A program made the translations under genes and the position numbers. A stretch of 64,000 nucleotides of DNA, from assembly GCF_006345805.1 (NCBI RefSeq), contig NC_043011.1, positions 8,680,001-8,744,000 of the forward strand, read 5' to 3'. The first letter of the stretch is position 1; each line of letters opens with the position of its first letter. This DNA comes from Octopus sinensis. Its lineage: Eukaryota. Below the pieces are notes generated by a model. That model ran no database searches. It had not been told where the DNA came from and saw only the letters and a list, made by a program, of their open reading frames with translations. Positions 12,840-26,458 of the stretch are shown piece after piece.

Positions 12840-15800
12840 TTGAAGCTGTAAGATGTTACTCAGGTCCTCGTCTCTGTGTCCACTGCATCTCATAGCAGAA
12901 ACGGCTGTAAGCCAATGAAGTAGATAAGATAATAATTTATTCCTTTGTCATATCTCTTTATTATTACTGCTCTATACTCAGCCAAAACTTCGTTCTGAAA
13001 CGTGCGTATATTGAGTCCTACACCAGGTTATTGGTCTTGCTCTGCCTAAACGAAATCTTAAACATAAAAGATAATTTCTAATTATTGTATGTCATGTTTT
13101 TTGGCAATGTCACTGTGTATACTCTGAAAGTTAGCCATTGTATGACAGGTGATTCTTCATTCCAATTAAGAATAGGTATTACGGCGTGTTCTCTTCTCAT
13201 TCAACAGGTCATTCCTAACATTAACTTACCTGTCGATTTGGAAACAGTAGCAGAGAAACCCTGGTACACACCTGAAATCAAAAGTCGGGTAAGTATGGTT
13301 TGCTGCTTTACCTTTTCCTGCTGCCAGCTTATCACTCCCCCCGCCTCCTCCTTTCTGACGCACCCCGTTTCCTTCCCCTTCCTCCCCACTGCTCCACTCC
13401 CCTGTTCACCATTCACTGCATTTACCCCAATTGCCATTTCTAACTATCCAGCACTCTTCCTTTCATATTCTCACAGAATCATCCATTCACACACCTCCAT
13501 CTTGTACTCCTGGTCTCAATTCTGTCCCCTTATTCTTGCCCCTGTACTCTTACTCTCGATTCTGTACCTCACAACCAGCATCTCTCTCTCATTTCCTCTT
13601 TCCAGCAGGGGAAGCCATGTATCTCCCCTACATCAAGACGGCTGTTTCTCCCCCCCCCCCCATCATACACCAGGCACAAAGCCGCCTCCCTCAAGAACAC
13701 CTCAATCCTGGAGTCTTGTCTTGTTAGTTACTTGGTAACCTCCCGAGTACTGGTGCCATGGGAAAAAAAAACAACCCACCATGCTCTGAAGTGGTTGGCA
13801 TTAAGAAGGGCATCCAGCTGTAGAAACCCTGCCAAAACAGTCCTCGGACCCATCGGATCTTGTCAAACTGTCCAATCCATGCCAGCATAGAAAACAGACT
13901 TTGCCTTTCATCCTTTCAGGATCGATAAAATAATAAGTACCAGTTATGCACTGGGGTCAATGTAATCAATTTACCCCTTTCCCCCTGCTCCCAATTTCAA
14001 GCCTTGTGCCTATAATAGAAAGGATTGTTATTATTATTATCATTATTATTATCATTATTATTGTTGTTGTTGTTGTTGTTGTTTCTTCTGGCAGATATCA
14101 AGGATTTCAGACTTACTCTATCAGCTTCCAAGCCACAGCTCTGTTGTGATAACATCAGTGGACAAAATGCTACAAGAACTGTTCACGCATCGAGGTAAGA
14201 CCAGCCATGCTTCACAGCACCCCTCCTTCCATAACGACCACCACCACCACAACAACAATTACACTCAGACAGGCAGTGTCCTCCCCTCCCTCCCTCTGTC
14301 TCTTCTGCATCTGTTCCATTCTCTGCTTGCAAGACTACTTGTCTCCATCCATGCCCATCAATGCTCACCTGATGCACTCACCGCTCTTTCTTCTCAAGAA
14401 ACAATGAGTGTGAGGGGTTCTATGTGGTCGTTTGATGTGCTAAAAATAGCAATGAAATGTCCTTTGAAACCCTGCAAATTCAAATTAAGAAAGGAAGGGC
14501 ACACAGGGTCATGTAGTCCTGGATTTATCCCTAAAAAAATGGGCTGGTCACAGCTGGAAGGTCTTTGATCATAGGTTTGCTGGAGTTGAGAAGACCTGGG
14601 GCTAATGATGACAACAATATCTTCTTGAACAGACGAGGTTATCTCTCCATGGTCACTGAACCTGCTAGAAATAACAGCCAAACTTTCTTCAAATCCTTCC
14701 CCCTTGTGACTGTCTTTAAAAAATGGGGGCATAATGGATAAAGTAATCAGGGTTCTTACACAACCGCTGGAGGAATGAAAAGCAAAGTTGATCTCTGGAG
14801 GATTTGATCTCACAGTGCAGAAACCCGTGTTTGATTCTTTATCTGAAATTTATCTTTTGCTTGTTTCAATCATTGGACTGCGGCCATGCTGGGGCACCAC
14901 CTTGAAGAGTTTTTTTTTCAGTCTGGTATTTGAACTTTTTGTCTCTTTTGCTGAACCACTCAGTTGTGAGGATGTAAACAAACCAACACTGGTTGTCAAA
15001 TGGTGGGACATACACACACACGATGGGCTTCCACACAGTTTCCCTCTACCAAATTCACTCATAAAGCATTGGTCAGTCTGAGGCTACAGGAGAAGACACT
15101 TGCCCAAGGTGCCCTGCAGTGGGACAGAACCTGGATGCATGTGGTCACAAACTGAGCTCCTTAACCACACAGTCACACCTTTTGCCTTGGAGAGGCATTT
15201 TTGGATGTGCATTGTATAGGCATCTCTTCAGGGCCGAAATTATTTTCTGATACTGAAAAGGAAGAACAGCCTGAAGTTTAGTTTTTTTTGTTTTATATAT
15301 ATCACCGTGATCACCGTGACTGACCAGGCTACCAGATGTTGCTACACATCGCTGGTCACAATGCACCTTGCATTGTTTTAGCCTTCAAATGACGCCACCC
15401 CACGGGCTAAACGAGCAGGCCAACAGAAGAAAGAGTGAGAGAAAGTTGTGGCGAAAGAGGACAGCAGGGATCGCCACCACCCCCTGCTGGAGCCTCGTGG
15501 AGCTTTAGGTGTTTTTGCTCAATAAACACTCACAACGCCTGGTCTGGGAATCGAAACCGCAATCCTACAACTGCGAGTCCACTGCCCTAACCACTGAGCC
15601 ATAGCGTCTCCACACACGCACACACACACACACACACACATATTACTCTTTTACTTGTTTCAGTCATTTGACTGCGGCCATGCTGGAGCACCACCTTTAG
15701 TCGAGCAAATCGACCCCGGGACTTATTCTTTGTAAGCCCAGTACTTATTCTATCGGTCTCTTTTTGCCGAACCGCTAAGTGATGGGGACGTAAACACACC

Positions 15801-15853
15801 AGCATCGGCTGTCAAGCAATGCTAGGGGTACAAACACAGACACACAAACACGC

Positions 15854-15900
<47 letters not shown>

Positions 15901-16070
15901 TATATACGACAGGCTTCTTTCAGTTTCCGTCTACCAAATCCACTCACAAGGCATTGGTCGGCCCGGGGCTATAGCAGAAGACACTTGCCCAAGATGCCAC
16001 GCAGTGGGACTGAACCCGGAACTATGTGGTTGCTTAGCAAGCTACTTACCACACAATCACTCCTGCGCTT

Positions 16071-16102
<32 letters not shown>

Positions 16103-17656
16103 TCTTTATCTTTTTCTCTGGTTGCTGTAGTCTTTGCTTTTGGTGAAGAATTCCTGGTTGTAATAAAAGATTATCAAAGACGAAGAATTTTGGCTTTGAT
16201 GTCTGTAGTTACGTTGCTGTTTATGAACAGGATTGAGTATGTCAGGTGATTCTATAACAGATAAACAAAGATGCTAAGAGCAGGAATTTGGGATTTGGTG
16301 GCTGCAGTTGTGTGTGATTTATGGGCAAGAATGAGAATGTTTGGTGCAAAAGGTCAACAGTAATCAACCCAAGATGAACAATCTTTTCGATTAAACCGAG
16401 GAATGTATTTCACTTTTTTTAACTGAGCCATGGCAGCATGAAGGCAAATGTTAACCAATGATGATGATGATGATGTTCTTTTAGCTTTTGGAAGACGTAG
16501 AAGATGGTAAGAAAATTTTCTCTGGAATTTTTCTCTTCCTTGTACCACCTTCCTCACAGCAACAGACAGACAGACAGAAAGTTTGTAAGAGGAATGTGGA
16601 GAAGATGTTCTTTTGAACTTTGGCAGGCGCAGCCAGTCTGGGGAGATAGAAGTTGTTGATAATTAAGGGTGAAGAGGAAAATGTGGGTGGGAGGGAAAAT
16701 TCTAGAAGAGTGCTCTTCTGCAAGGAAATGAATGGTAAATATAATGAGATATGTTTCATATATAAATACATACATACGCGATGGTAAATTGTCGACAGTT
16801 TATATAATTTTAATTTCATGTATGTCCATTGTTAGCTTTTTATTTTGTCAACTACACAGTATAGTAGGGTTAGTTGGGCACCGTCTGGGATAAAAACACC
16901 ACCATGATGCAATTCACTCTGCCAGAAATTTGGAAACGACATGCTGTCCTGCTTGGCATTTGCACCCGAAGCTCCAATACAAACAGATGGTGAACACACA
17001 GAACAACCATTCGCTCACCGTGTCCCCAAAACATGTATCGAGAGTGATAAAAATCAAACACCCAGTCAACATCATGGTGTTTGGTGTGATTACTAGTGAT
17101 GGTGACGTTATGCCTCCATTCATCTTCCCACAGACTCAAGATGGAGGCCTACATCAAGTGCCTGGAGGAGGTAGTGCTACCCTGGGTCAAGAGGGTGGCT
17201 GCTGGAAGACCCTATGTCTGACAACAGGACTCTGCACCATACCACACAAGCAGGAGAACCCAGTCATGGCTGTCAGACAATTTCTGCAACCACACCACCC
17301 CTAACATCTGGCCACCTAACTCCCCAGACTGCAACCCCTTTGATTATATGTGTGGGGTGCAGTTGAGCAAGAGACCAACAAAACGCCTTGTAACACAAAA
17401 GATGAACTGAAGGCAAGGATTATGGCAGCATTCACCAACTTAAACTCTGCATCCAGAAGAGTTGCAGTACATTCCAAAGTCGTCTAGAGGCTGTGGTTGA
17501 AGCCAATGGAGATTTTATTGAATAAATTTACTCTTTAGTATTTCAAGATATTTTTATGAAATTTTGGTAAATATATCTGTTAGAATGAGACGTCAGTGTT
17601 ATTTTAATTGTTGTGTAATTTACATGACAATATATTCACTGCACCTTATCTATATG

Positions 17657-17688
<32 letters not shown>

Positions 17689-20600
17689 CGTGTGTATATA
17701 TATCATTATCATTTAATATCCACTTACCATGCTGGCATGGGTTGGACAGTTTGACTAAGGGTTGGCAAGCCAGAAGGTTGCACCAGGCCAACAGAATAAA
17801 TACCAGGCTTTAAAAAATAAGCACCGGGGTCAATTCATTTGACTAAAATTCTTCAAGATGGTGCCCCAGCATGGCCGCAGTCTAATGATCGAAAGAAGTA
17901 AAAGATAAAAGACATGGGCGATCGTTGCATTCTTTCTTGTCTTGAGGTTCACAGCCAAACGGCCGGGTGGATTCACGTGAAAAATGGCAGACATGTGGAG
18001 ACAGGTGCATAGAGTGGAATACAGTTTGGATGTTTTTCCTAATCCCCATAGTTACGGAGAAAACCAATTAAAAGTTTTTCTAATGGAATCATCCTCTTTG
18101 TTCCGCCATTGACACAACCGGCCTGTACCATTTCACTAGCAACAAGGGGAGTACAGGATGACAGTCAGCCAAAACTTGCGTTATGCTGTCTCTCTTCTTT
18201 CACCTCTTTGTGGGGTTAATAATCTTCATCTTTAGTTCTCTTTCTCACCCTCTTTCCCTCTCACATACACACGTGCAAGCACACACACACACACACACAC
18301 ACGTCCATTTCATATATCTTCCTTCAATTTCTGCTTTCTACAAATAAAATTTTTACAGATACAACTGCTTACAAAAATAGGAATTAATGTATAATTTATT
18401 TCTATATTCATAATTAAATCAATGTTTAAATGATTAGACAGAGGTCCAATAGAATAGCTCTCAGAAACAGACTACATAAAAATTCGTTTTTCACAACTTC
18501 TGAAGCTGTTTTCTGACAGGGGGTGGTGGAGTCAGGAAATTTTCATACAGCTGGACGCTCCAATCGAAACAAGGGACCCAAAATGATAAGGTTTAGAAAC
18601 ACCTAACCGAAAACGATCACAGTCTGTTTCTGAGAACTATTCTATTGGACCTCTGTCTAATCATTAAAACATCATGCAAACAGACCGGATGAAACCGGGC
18701 TTAGCTGCTAATATATATATATAGATATATATATATATTATGTTAAATTAGAGATAAAACCACTATTAGGCAAATCATACAATGAAAAACTTAAGCCAAT
18801 ACATAAGATTAATTAATTTATATTATTTTAAATATATATCAAAATTATTAAAAAAAGATAATGAGTATAACACTACGATCGTTTCATGGCTGTCCAATTT
18901 GTAAAAATTCGAGTTACAGTCAATCTTCAGGTGATTGAAATATTTATCTTAGTGAGGTTTAACAATGAACTATATATATATATAGTTGTGTGCAAAAGTG
19001 CTACACCCTAGCAGTGGAGGGAACCTGTGGAAGAGGTAGACCCAGGAAAACCTGGGACGAGGTGGTGAAGCACGACCTTCGAACTTTAGGTCTCACTAAG
19101 GAAATGTCTAGAGACCGAGACCTATGGAAGTATGCTGTGCATGAGAAGACCCGGCAAGACTAGTCAGGCCATAACCCGTGGCCCCGACTTGGGACGTAGT
19201 CAGTCCTGTGCATACCTTCCTTCTTGTGACACTTATAAAGACCTGTTGAGGCAAGTGAAAATCAAATCAAATCAAAACAAATCAAAATAGATGAACATCA
19301 GTGGAATTGTATTCTTTGTGGTACCAGTGCCGGTGGCACACAAGAAAACCACCCAAACGTGGCCGTAACCAGTACCGCATCGACTGGCCTCCGTGCTGTG
19401 GGCACAACAAACACCATCCGATCGTGGCCGTTCGCCAGCCTCATCTGGCACCTGTGCCGGTGGCACATAAAGACACCATCCGAAGACCCGGCGACGTAGT
19501 CAGTCCACCTGTGCATACCTTCCCTCTTATGACACTTGTGAAGACCTGTTGAGGCAAGTGTGTGACACTTGTGAAGACCTGTTGAGGCAGAGGCAAGTGT
19601 GTGACACTTGTGGAGACCTGTTGAGGCAAGTGTGTGACCCTTGTGAAGACCTGTTGAGGCAAGTGAAAATCAAACCAAATCAAATCAAAATAGATGAATA
19701 TCAATGGAATTTGTATCTTTGTGGTTCCAGTACCGGTGGCACACAAGAAAACCATCCGAACGTGGCCGTAGCTGGTACCGCATCGACTGGCCTCCGTGCT
19801 GTGGGCACAACAAACACCATCTGATCGTGGCCGTTCGCCAGCCTCACCTGGCACCTGTGTCGGTGGCACATAAAAACACCATCCAAAGACCCGGCGACGT
19901 AGTCAGTCCACTGTGCATACCTTCCCTCTTATGACACTTGTGAAGACCTGTTGAGGCAGAGGCAAGTGTGTGACACTTGTGAAGACCTGTTGAGGCAGAG
20001 GCAAGTGTGTGACACTTGTGGAGACCTGTTGAGGCAAGTGTGTGACACGCGTGACACTTGTGAAGACCTGTTGAGGCAAGTGAAAATCAAACCAAATCAA
20101 AATAGATGAACATCAATGGAATTGTATCTTTGTGGTTCCAGTACCGGTGGCACACAAGAAAACCATCCGATCGTGGCCGTTCGCCAGCCACATCTGGCAC
20201 CTGTGTCGGTGGCACATAAAGACACCATCCGAAGACCCGGCGACGTAGACAGTCCACCTGTGCATACCTTCCTTCTTGTGACACTTGTGAAGACCTGTTG
20301 AGGCAAGTGAAAATCAAAAAAAAATCAAATCAAATCAAAACAAATCAAAATAGATGAACATAAATGGAATTTGTATCTTTGTGGTACCAGTGCCGTGGCA
20401 CACAAGAAAATCATCCGAACGTGGCCGTAGCCAGTACCGCATAGACTGGCCTCCGTGCTTTGGGGACGTAACAAACACCATCCGATCGTGGCCGTCCGCC
20501 AGCCTCATCTGGCACCTGTGTCGGTGGCACATAAAAACACCATCCGAGCGTGGCCGTCTGCCAGCCTCGTCTGGCACCTGCCAGCCTCATCTGGCACCTG

Positions 20601-23367
20601 TGTCGGTGGCACATAAAAACACCATCCGAGCGTGGCCGTCTGCCAGCCTCGTCTGGCACCTGTGTCGGTGGCACATAAAAACACCATCCGAGCGTGGCCG
20701 TTCGCCAGCCTCGTCTGGCACCTGTGTCGGTGGCACATAAAATCACCCACTACACTCTCGGAGTGGTTGGCGTTAGGAAGGGCATCCAGCTGTAGAAACA
20801 CTGCCAGATCTGACTGGCCTGGTGCAGCCTTCGGGCTCCCCAGACCCCAGTTGAACCGTCCAACCCATGCTAGCATGGAAAACGGACGCTAAATGATGAT
20901 GATGATGATGATGATGATACACACAGACACATACATTTATTTGTTCAAATTGTTTGGAATTAATTCTGCATTATCTCATAGCCTTGAGATTTGGATGATG
21001 TGATTGTTTCTTTATAGGACAAGTGTGAGAGGCCAACTCTGACCAATTGGAATGAAAGACAGGTAAAATTTTGAGGCCAGGTAGATGCTAAATGGTTAAA
21101 ACAGCCATTATTGTTGCTTTGCTCCGTGTCCTGTGGTCTTGCTTTGTTTTCCAATTCTGTTTTCTCTTCATTTCGACAAGAATTTTTCTCACATCTTACC
21201 ATCATTCTGTTATATTTACCATTTTATATCCTTTAGGTTCTGGAACATTCTTTAAGATTACCGAACCAATTCACCGATACCATCACCTCGAGCAAGTCGA
21301 TCAAGCCAGACTGCACAATCTTCTCTTAAAGTAAGTTTCTCCTCTGAAACGGTACTGGTTTCTTTCTTTGCTCATTGTTTACCTTGGCAGGTTCCTTTGT
21401 GATGTTAAAAACACCGTGACTAATGAATTTATGACTAATGATTGAGCAAAATCAGCAGAGCATCAATCCAGCTGATTAAACAGTCCCTTGCATTTCACAG
21501 ATGTCAAGCATAAGTCTTTATGTGGCTACGGAGCCTCCCTAGAAGTAGTAACCAAATCTAATTCTACATACTGGATAGTCATAGCTGGAAAGTCTTTCCT
21601 CATATGTCTTTTCATTTAGGGGCTGCTGATGTGGTGGACACCGGAGAGGGATTAAGCTAAGAACAACAGTGAATTTCCTCTGGTGTTTTGTTAGGTTACA
21701 GTCTTAATTTCAAATCCTTCCATGGCCAAATATCTGACAGCTGAAAGGAGTAGTAGTGAGAGACCATTATTTTGATATCCTTTTCATTGCCTCAAGAATC
21801 ACTCTGCTCACAAAAAGGGTTTTCATTTTTTAAATAAAGGTTCTGTGTTTCCTATAGTAGAAAGGATTATTATCATTATTATTAAGGTGGCAAGCTGGCA
21901 GAAACGTTAGCACACCGGCTGAAATGCTTTGCGGTATTTCGTCGGCCGCTACATTCTGAGTTCAAATTCCGCCGAGGTTGACTTTGCCTTTCATCCTTTC
22001 GGGGTCGATTAAATAAGTACCAGTTACGAACTGGAGTTGATGTAATCGACTTAATCCGTTTGTCTGTCCTTGTTTATCCCCTCTGTGTTTAGCCCCTTGT
22101 GGGTAGTAAAGAAATAGGTATTTCATCTGCCGCTACGTTCTGAGTTCAAATTCCGCCGAGGTCGACTTTGCCTTTCATCCTTTTGGGGTCAGATAAATAA
22201 GTACCAGTTATGCACTGGGGTTGGTGTAATCGACTATCCCCGGGGTTGGTGTAATCGACTATCCCCTTCCCCCAAATTTCAGGCCTTGTGCCTACAGGAC
22301 AAAGGATTATTATTATTATTACTTTAGCCTTAGCGAAGGCAGAAGTATTGTTTTCAGTTGTGTTTATTTGTTTGTTTGTCTGTGGACAAAATATCTCAAG
22401 AACTCCTGGATGGATTCAGATGAAACTTTCTGGGATGTTTGACCTTGTGACTGGCATGAATTGATTAGATTTTGGGATTGATCCGGTACCACACAAGGAT
22501 TCTAGATTATTTGTTATATTTACTTTACTTTAAATGAAGTATTACAATCTTATGTTAACTTTCAAGTCTTTCCCTTATTATCTCCCTTGAAAGCACACTC
22601 ATGTTTTCCACATAAGTTATGGTGGTGTTGCTCTTTCTAAAGTTTTATTTTCGTTTCTCTATTATTAATTTTACTCGTGTCTCTATCTTAGCAGAAACCG
22701 ATGGACAAAGAAATCAAACTACATAAGCAAATGCCAGCAAAACCGTTCAGAAATTAAATAACCCTAACATATTCTGTAACAATAATAAATTTAATTTATC
22801 CTTGACAATTTTTAGTTTTACCAATTTTGAATATATTGCTCCTGTTTAAAACCTCTTACCAACTTGACATTTCCATTTCTAGCTCTGCTTTGAAAGAAGC
22901 TTTTCTTCTTGGACTCATGTTTTTGTGTGCAACGATGTTGTTAAACCTCTGTTAACAGCACCGTATGCAAGTCGTTTCCATTTTTGTTCACGCATGGATA
23001 AATTTTTCACTATAAACCTTAACGGTCGTAAAGACACTATATTAGTGGATAGATGAAAAAAGGCCTTCCTAGAGAAAATTCTCCCTGTTCCCACTGCAGA
23101 CAACACACGGCATTACAAACACAGCCTGCACACACACCTTTACATTCCATGACTACCATTGGGATCAATCAGGTACCGAACAAGGTTTCTGGATTATTAT
23201 TCCAGTTTTTGTACTTAATTTTTGGGAGCGGTCAGGTTCATTTTGAGTGTTCTCATTTGTGAGTGCCATTGAGTTTATTTCAAATATTCTCATTTTAAAA
23301 ATCATCAGCTAATTGCTGAGAGGACGTTGGTGTTGCCTTAGCAGAGGTTTGCGCTCTCTGAGCACTC

Positions 23368-23412
<45 letters not shown>

Positions 23413-24561
23413 TGACAAGCGGGCAGGAATGTTAGCATGCAGAACAAACTGCTCAGTGACATTTCATGAATCTTTACGTTCTGAGTTCAAATTCTGCTGA
23501 GTTCGACTTTACCGTTCATCCTTTCAAGATTGATCAAATAAATACCTGTTTCTTTACTACCCACAAGGAGCTAAACACAGAGGGGACAAACAAAGACAGA
23601 CAAATTGATTAAGTCTGATTTTATCGATCCCAGTGCATAACTAGTACTTATTTAATCGATCCTGAAAGGATGAAAGGCAAAGTCGACCTAGGTGGAATTT
23701 GAACTCAGGACGTAACAGCAGACAAAATACGGCTATGCATTTCGCCCGGCGTGCTGTTTCTGCCAGCTCGCCGCCTTAATTGATCAAATGAATACCAGTC
23801 AAGTACTGGGGTCAACGTAATCGACTATTCCCCCTCCCCCAACATTTCGGGCCTTGTGCCTATGGTAGAAAGCATTATCATTATTTTTATCATTCTTATT
23901 GTTTATTTCTGTGTTTTTCGTTTCAGAGCTTTTGGTCGCAACTTGAAAGACGGTTATTTTGAAATGATTCAAAACCAACTTCACACTTTGTATTTGTCCG
24001 AAGAGTAAATATTCTAACCTTTTTTTCTTCTTCTTTTTTACTTTCTTTCTCTCTTTCTCTCTCTCATTCTTTATGTAGTTTTCTGAATGTGGTTGTATGT
24101 GTATGCGTGTGTATGGAAATATGAATGTGTGTGTGTGTGGTAAGTAGCTTGCTTACCAACTACATGGTTCCGGGTTCAGTCCCACTGCGTGACACCTTGG
24201 GCAAGTGTCTTCTACTGTAACCTTGGGCCAACCAAAGCCTTTTGAGTGGATTTGGTAGACGGAAACTGAAAAAAGCTCATCATTGTGTGTGTATGAAACA
24301 TGGATATGTGTGTGAGTGTGTGTGTGGTAAGTAGCTTGCTTGCCAACTGTCGTATGTCCAAATCTGGCCAAATGCATTTTTTTCTTTTTTTTTTCGAAAA
24401 ATTGTCAAACAATAATACAACAGATTTTGCAACCATTCCATAGAGTGGTGAAACTATATTTTGTTTTCTGGAAAAGCAACATTTTGGACTTACAACACTT
24501 TTGCATAATAGCAACGATACCTAGATACATACATACATACATATATACATAATAGCAACGA

Positions 24562-24599
<38 letters not shown>

Positions 24600-26422
24600 C
24601 ATAATGACAAGTGTCATTAAATACGACAGGGTGTTATTTAATGGCATTTTAATGACGTCTGTTGTTCCTTTTTGATGTAACTCTGCTAATTAGCTGCCTC
24701 ATTTAATTATTTAAACACACACACACACGCATTATCTTTGTCTTCTCCTTTCAGTTACAGTGCCGCAGCCATCATCCTCCACGAAAATAGCACTGATGTC
24801 CCATATCTTGATAAATTCGCAGTATCACAGAAGGCACAGGTCTGTTCTCTCTTTACCATTTCCTTTTTCTTTGGCGTTTATTGTTTCGGTGTAAAGTTGT
24901 TGGTGTTTGGTAGAGGTGGAGTGGGGTTTCGGTCGATAGAACTGAGCCTGCGTAAATAAGCGATTGGTCTTTGCTTCATGGGTATCGAAATGTTGACAGG
25001 GAAAAATCAACCTTGGCAGCAATAAAAACAACAACAAAACAAAAAGATGCAACACAGAACAACAAGGCATTTGATCTGTTGTTGTTGTGCTTCTACATTT
25101 CCTAATCAGTAACACCATGATGATGATGATGATGATGATGGTAATAATATTACTAATAATAATAATATAACTGGCCCCCACCTGCAAGGTCGCGTGCTGT
25201 TTATCTTGATATGAGATCACCATATCACACACATATGGCTGTGATGCATGTGCCTAGTGTACCCTTATTAGATGGGTAGTCATGATGGGTATACTGGGCT
25301 TTGTATATTTTACCCCAGTGTCACTTTGATGGCATGCACTGCCCTTTCACTCAATAATGATAATAATAATATCAAATCAAATTCGCAAATTCGATGACTG
25401 GCACCCATGCCAGTGGAGCGCTAAGAGCACCATCCGAGCGTGATCGCTGCCAGAGCGGCCGACTGGCTTCTGTGCTGGTGGCACATAAAAAACACCATTG
25501 AGCGTGGCTGTTGCCAGTACCACCTGACTGGCCCTCGTGTCGGTGGAACGTAAAAAACACCCACTACACTCTCAGAGTGGTTGGCATTAGGATCGGCATC
25601 CAGCTGTAGAAACTGCCAGATCAGATTGGAGCCTGGTGCAACCATCTGGTTCGCCAGCCCTCAGTCAAATCGTCCAACCCATGCTAGCATGGAAAGCAGA
25701 CATTAAACGATGATGATGATGATGATGAATAATCCTTTATGCTATAGGCACAAGGCCTGAAATTTTAGAGGACGGGAATAGTCGATTATATCGACCCCAG
25801 TGTTTCACTGGTACTTAATTTATTGACCCCTGAAAGGATGAAAGACAGAGTTGACCTCGGTAGAACTTGAACTCAGAACATAAAACTCATGCTATAAACA
25901 GCTGGAACAAATACTGCAAAGCAATTCTTCTGACTCTTGCCAGAAGTCGGCACTGAAAGATTGTGAATAAAAGAAAAGGTGACGAAAGTTGAAATTAAAA
26001 TTTTGAGGAAAACTGGTTTACCATTTAACCCTTTCGTTACCACATTTCTTTTGAGGTGCTTTGTGTTTCTTTCAATTATTTTAAATATAACAAAGAATTT
26101 AGTAAAATAACTTAGTTATCATTCAGCTAGTGTTAGGAACATAAATTGTGACTAAGGTTTGATGGAAAACTTTTGAAAACAAGACATTTGTACTACAGAG
26201 CCGGAGGTGGTTTCAGCCGGGTTGGTAACGGAAGGGTTAATATCTATTTCTAATAATGGTCCTGAAGAGAAGATCAGTTTTAAGTTGGGAATGAAACCAT
26301 AAATATAGGAAGAGGGATTAATTAATTATATCGATACAGTTCTATATTTACGGTCACATGTCATCGTGGTTAAGAGAGCAGGCTGCTAATCCCAAGATTC
26401 CAAGTTCAATTCCAGGCAGTGA

Positions 26423-26458
<36 letters not shown>

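Noticed and set aside
13085-13738. 217-aa ORF
   Set aside because: Only 13208-13288 is a real exon; the rest is intronic read-through into a C-rich repeat.
14394-14813. 139-aa minus-strand ORF
   Set aside because: No recognisable domain or splice pattern; probably a decayed retroelement ORF1, but I cannot support a call.
19520-20060. CRISPR-like look of the 33-39-nt hairpin repeats
   Set aside because: There are no unique spacers and no cas genes, and the context is eukaryotic; it is an RTE 3' UTR tandem array.
26352-26424. Functional tRNA-Ser(GCT) gene
   Set aside because: The anticodon and T stems are mispaired, the long variable arm of tRNA-Ser is missing and there is no oligo-T terminator; treated as a SINE head.
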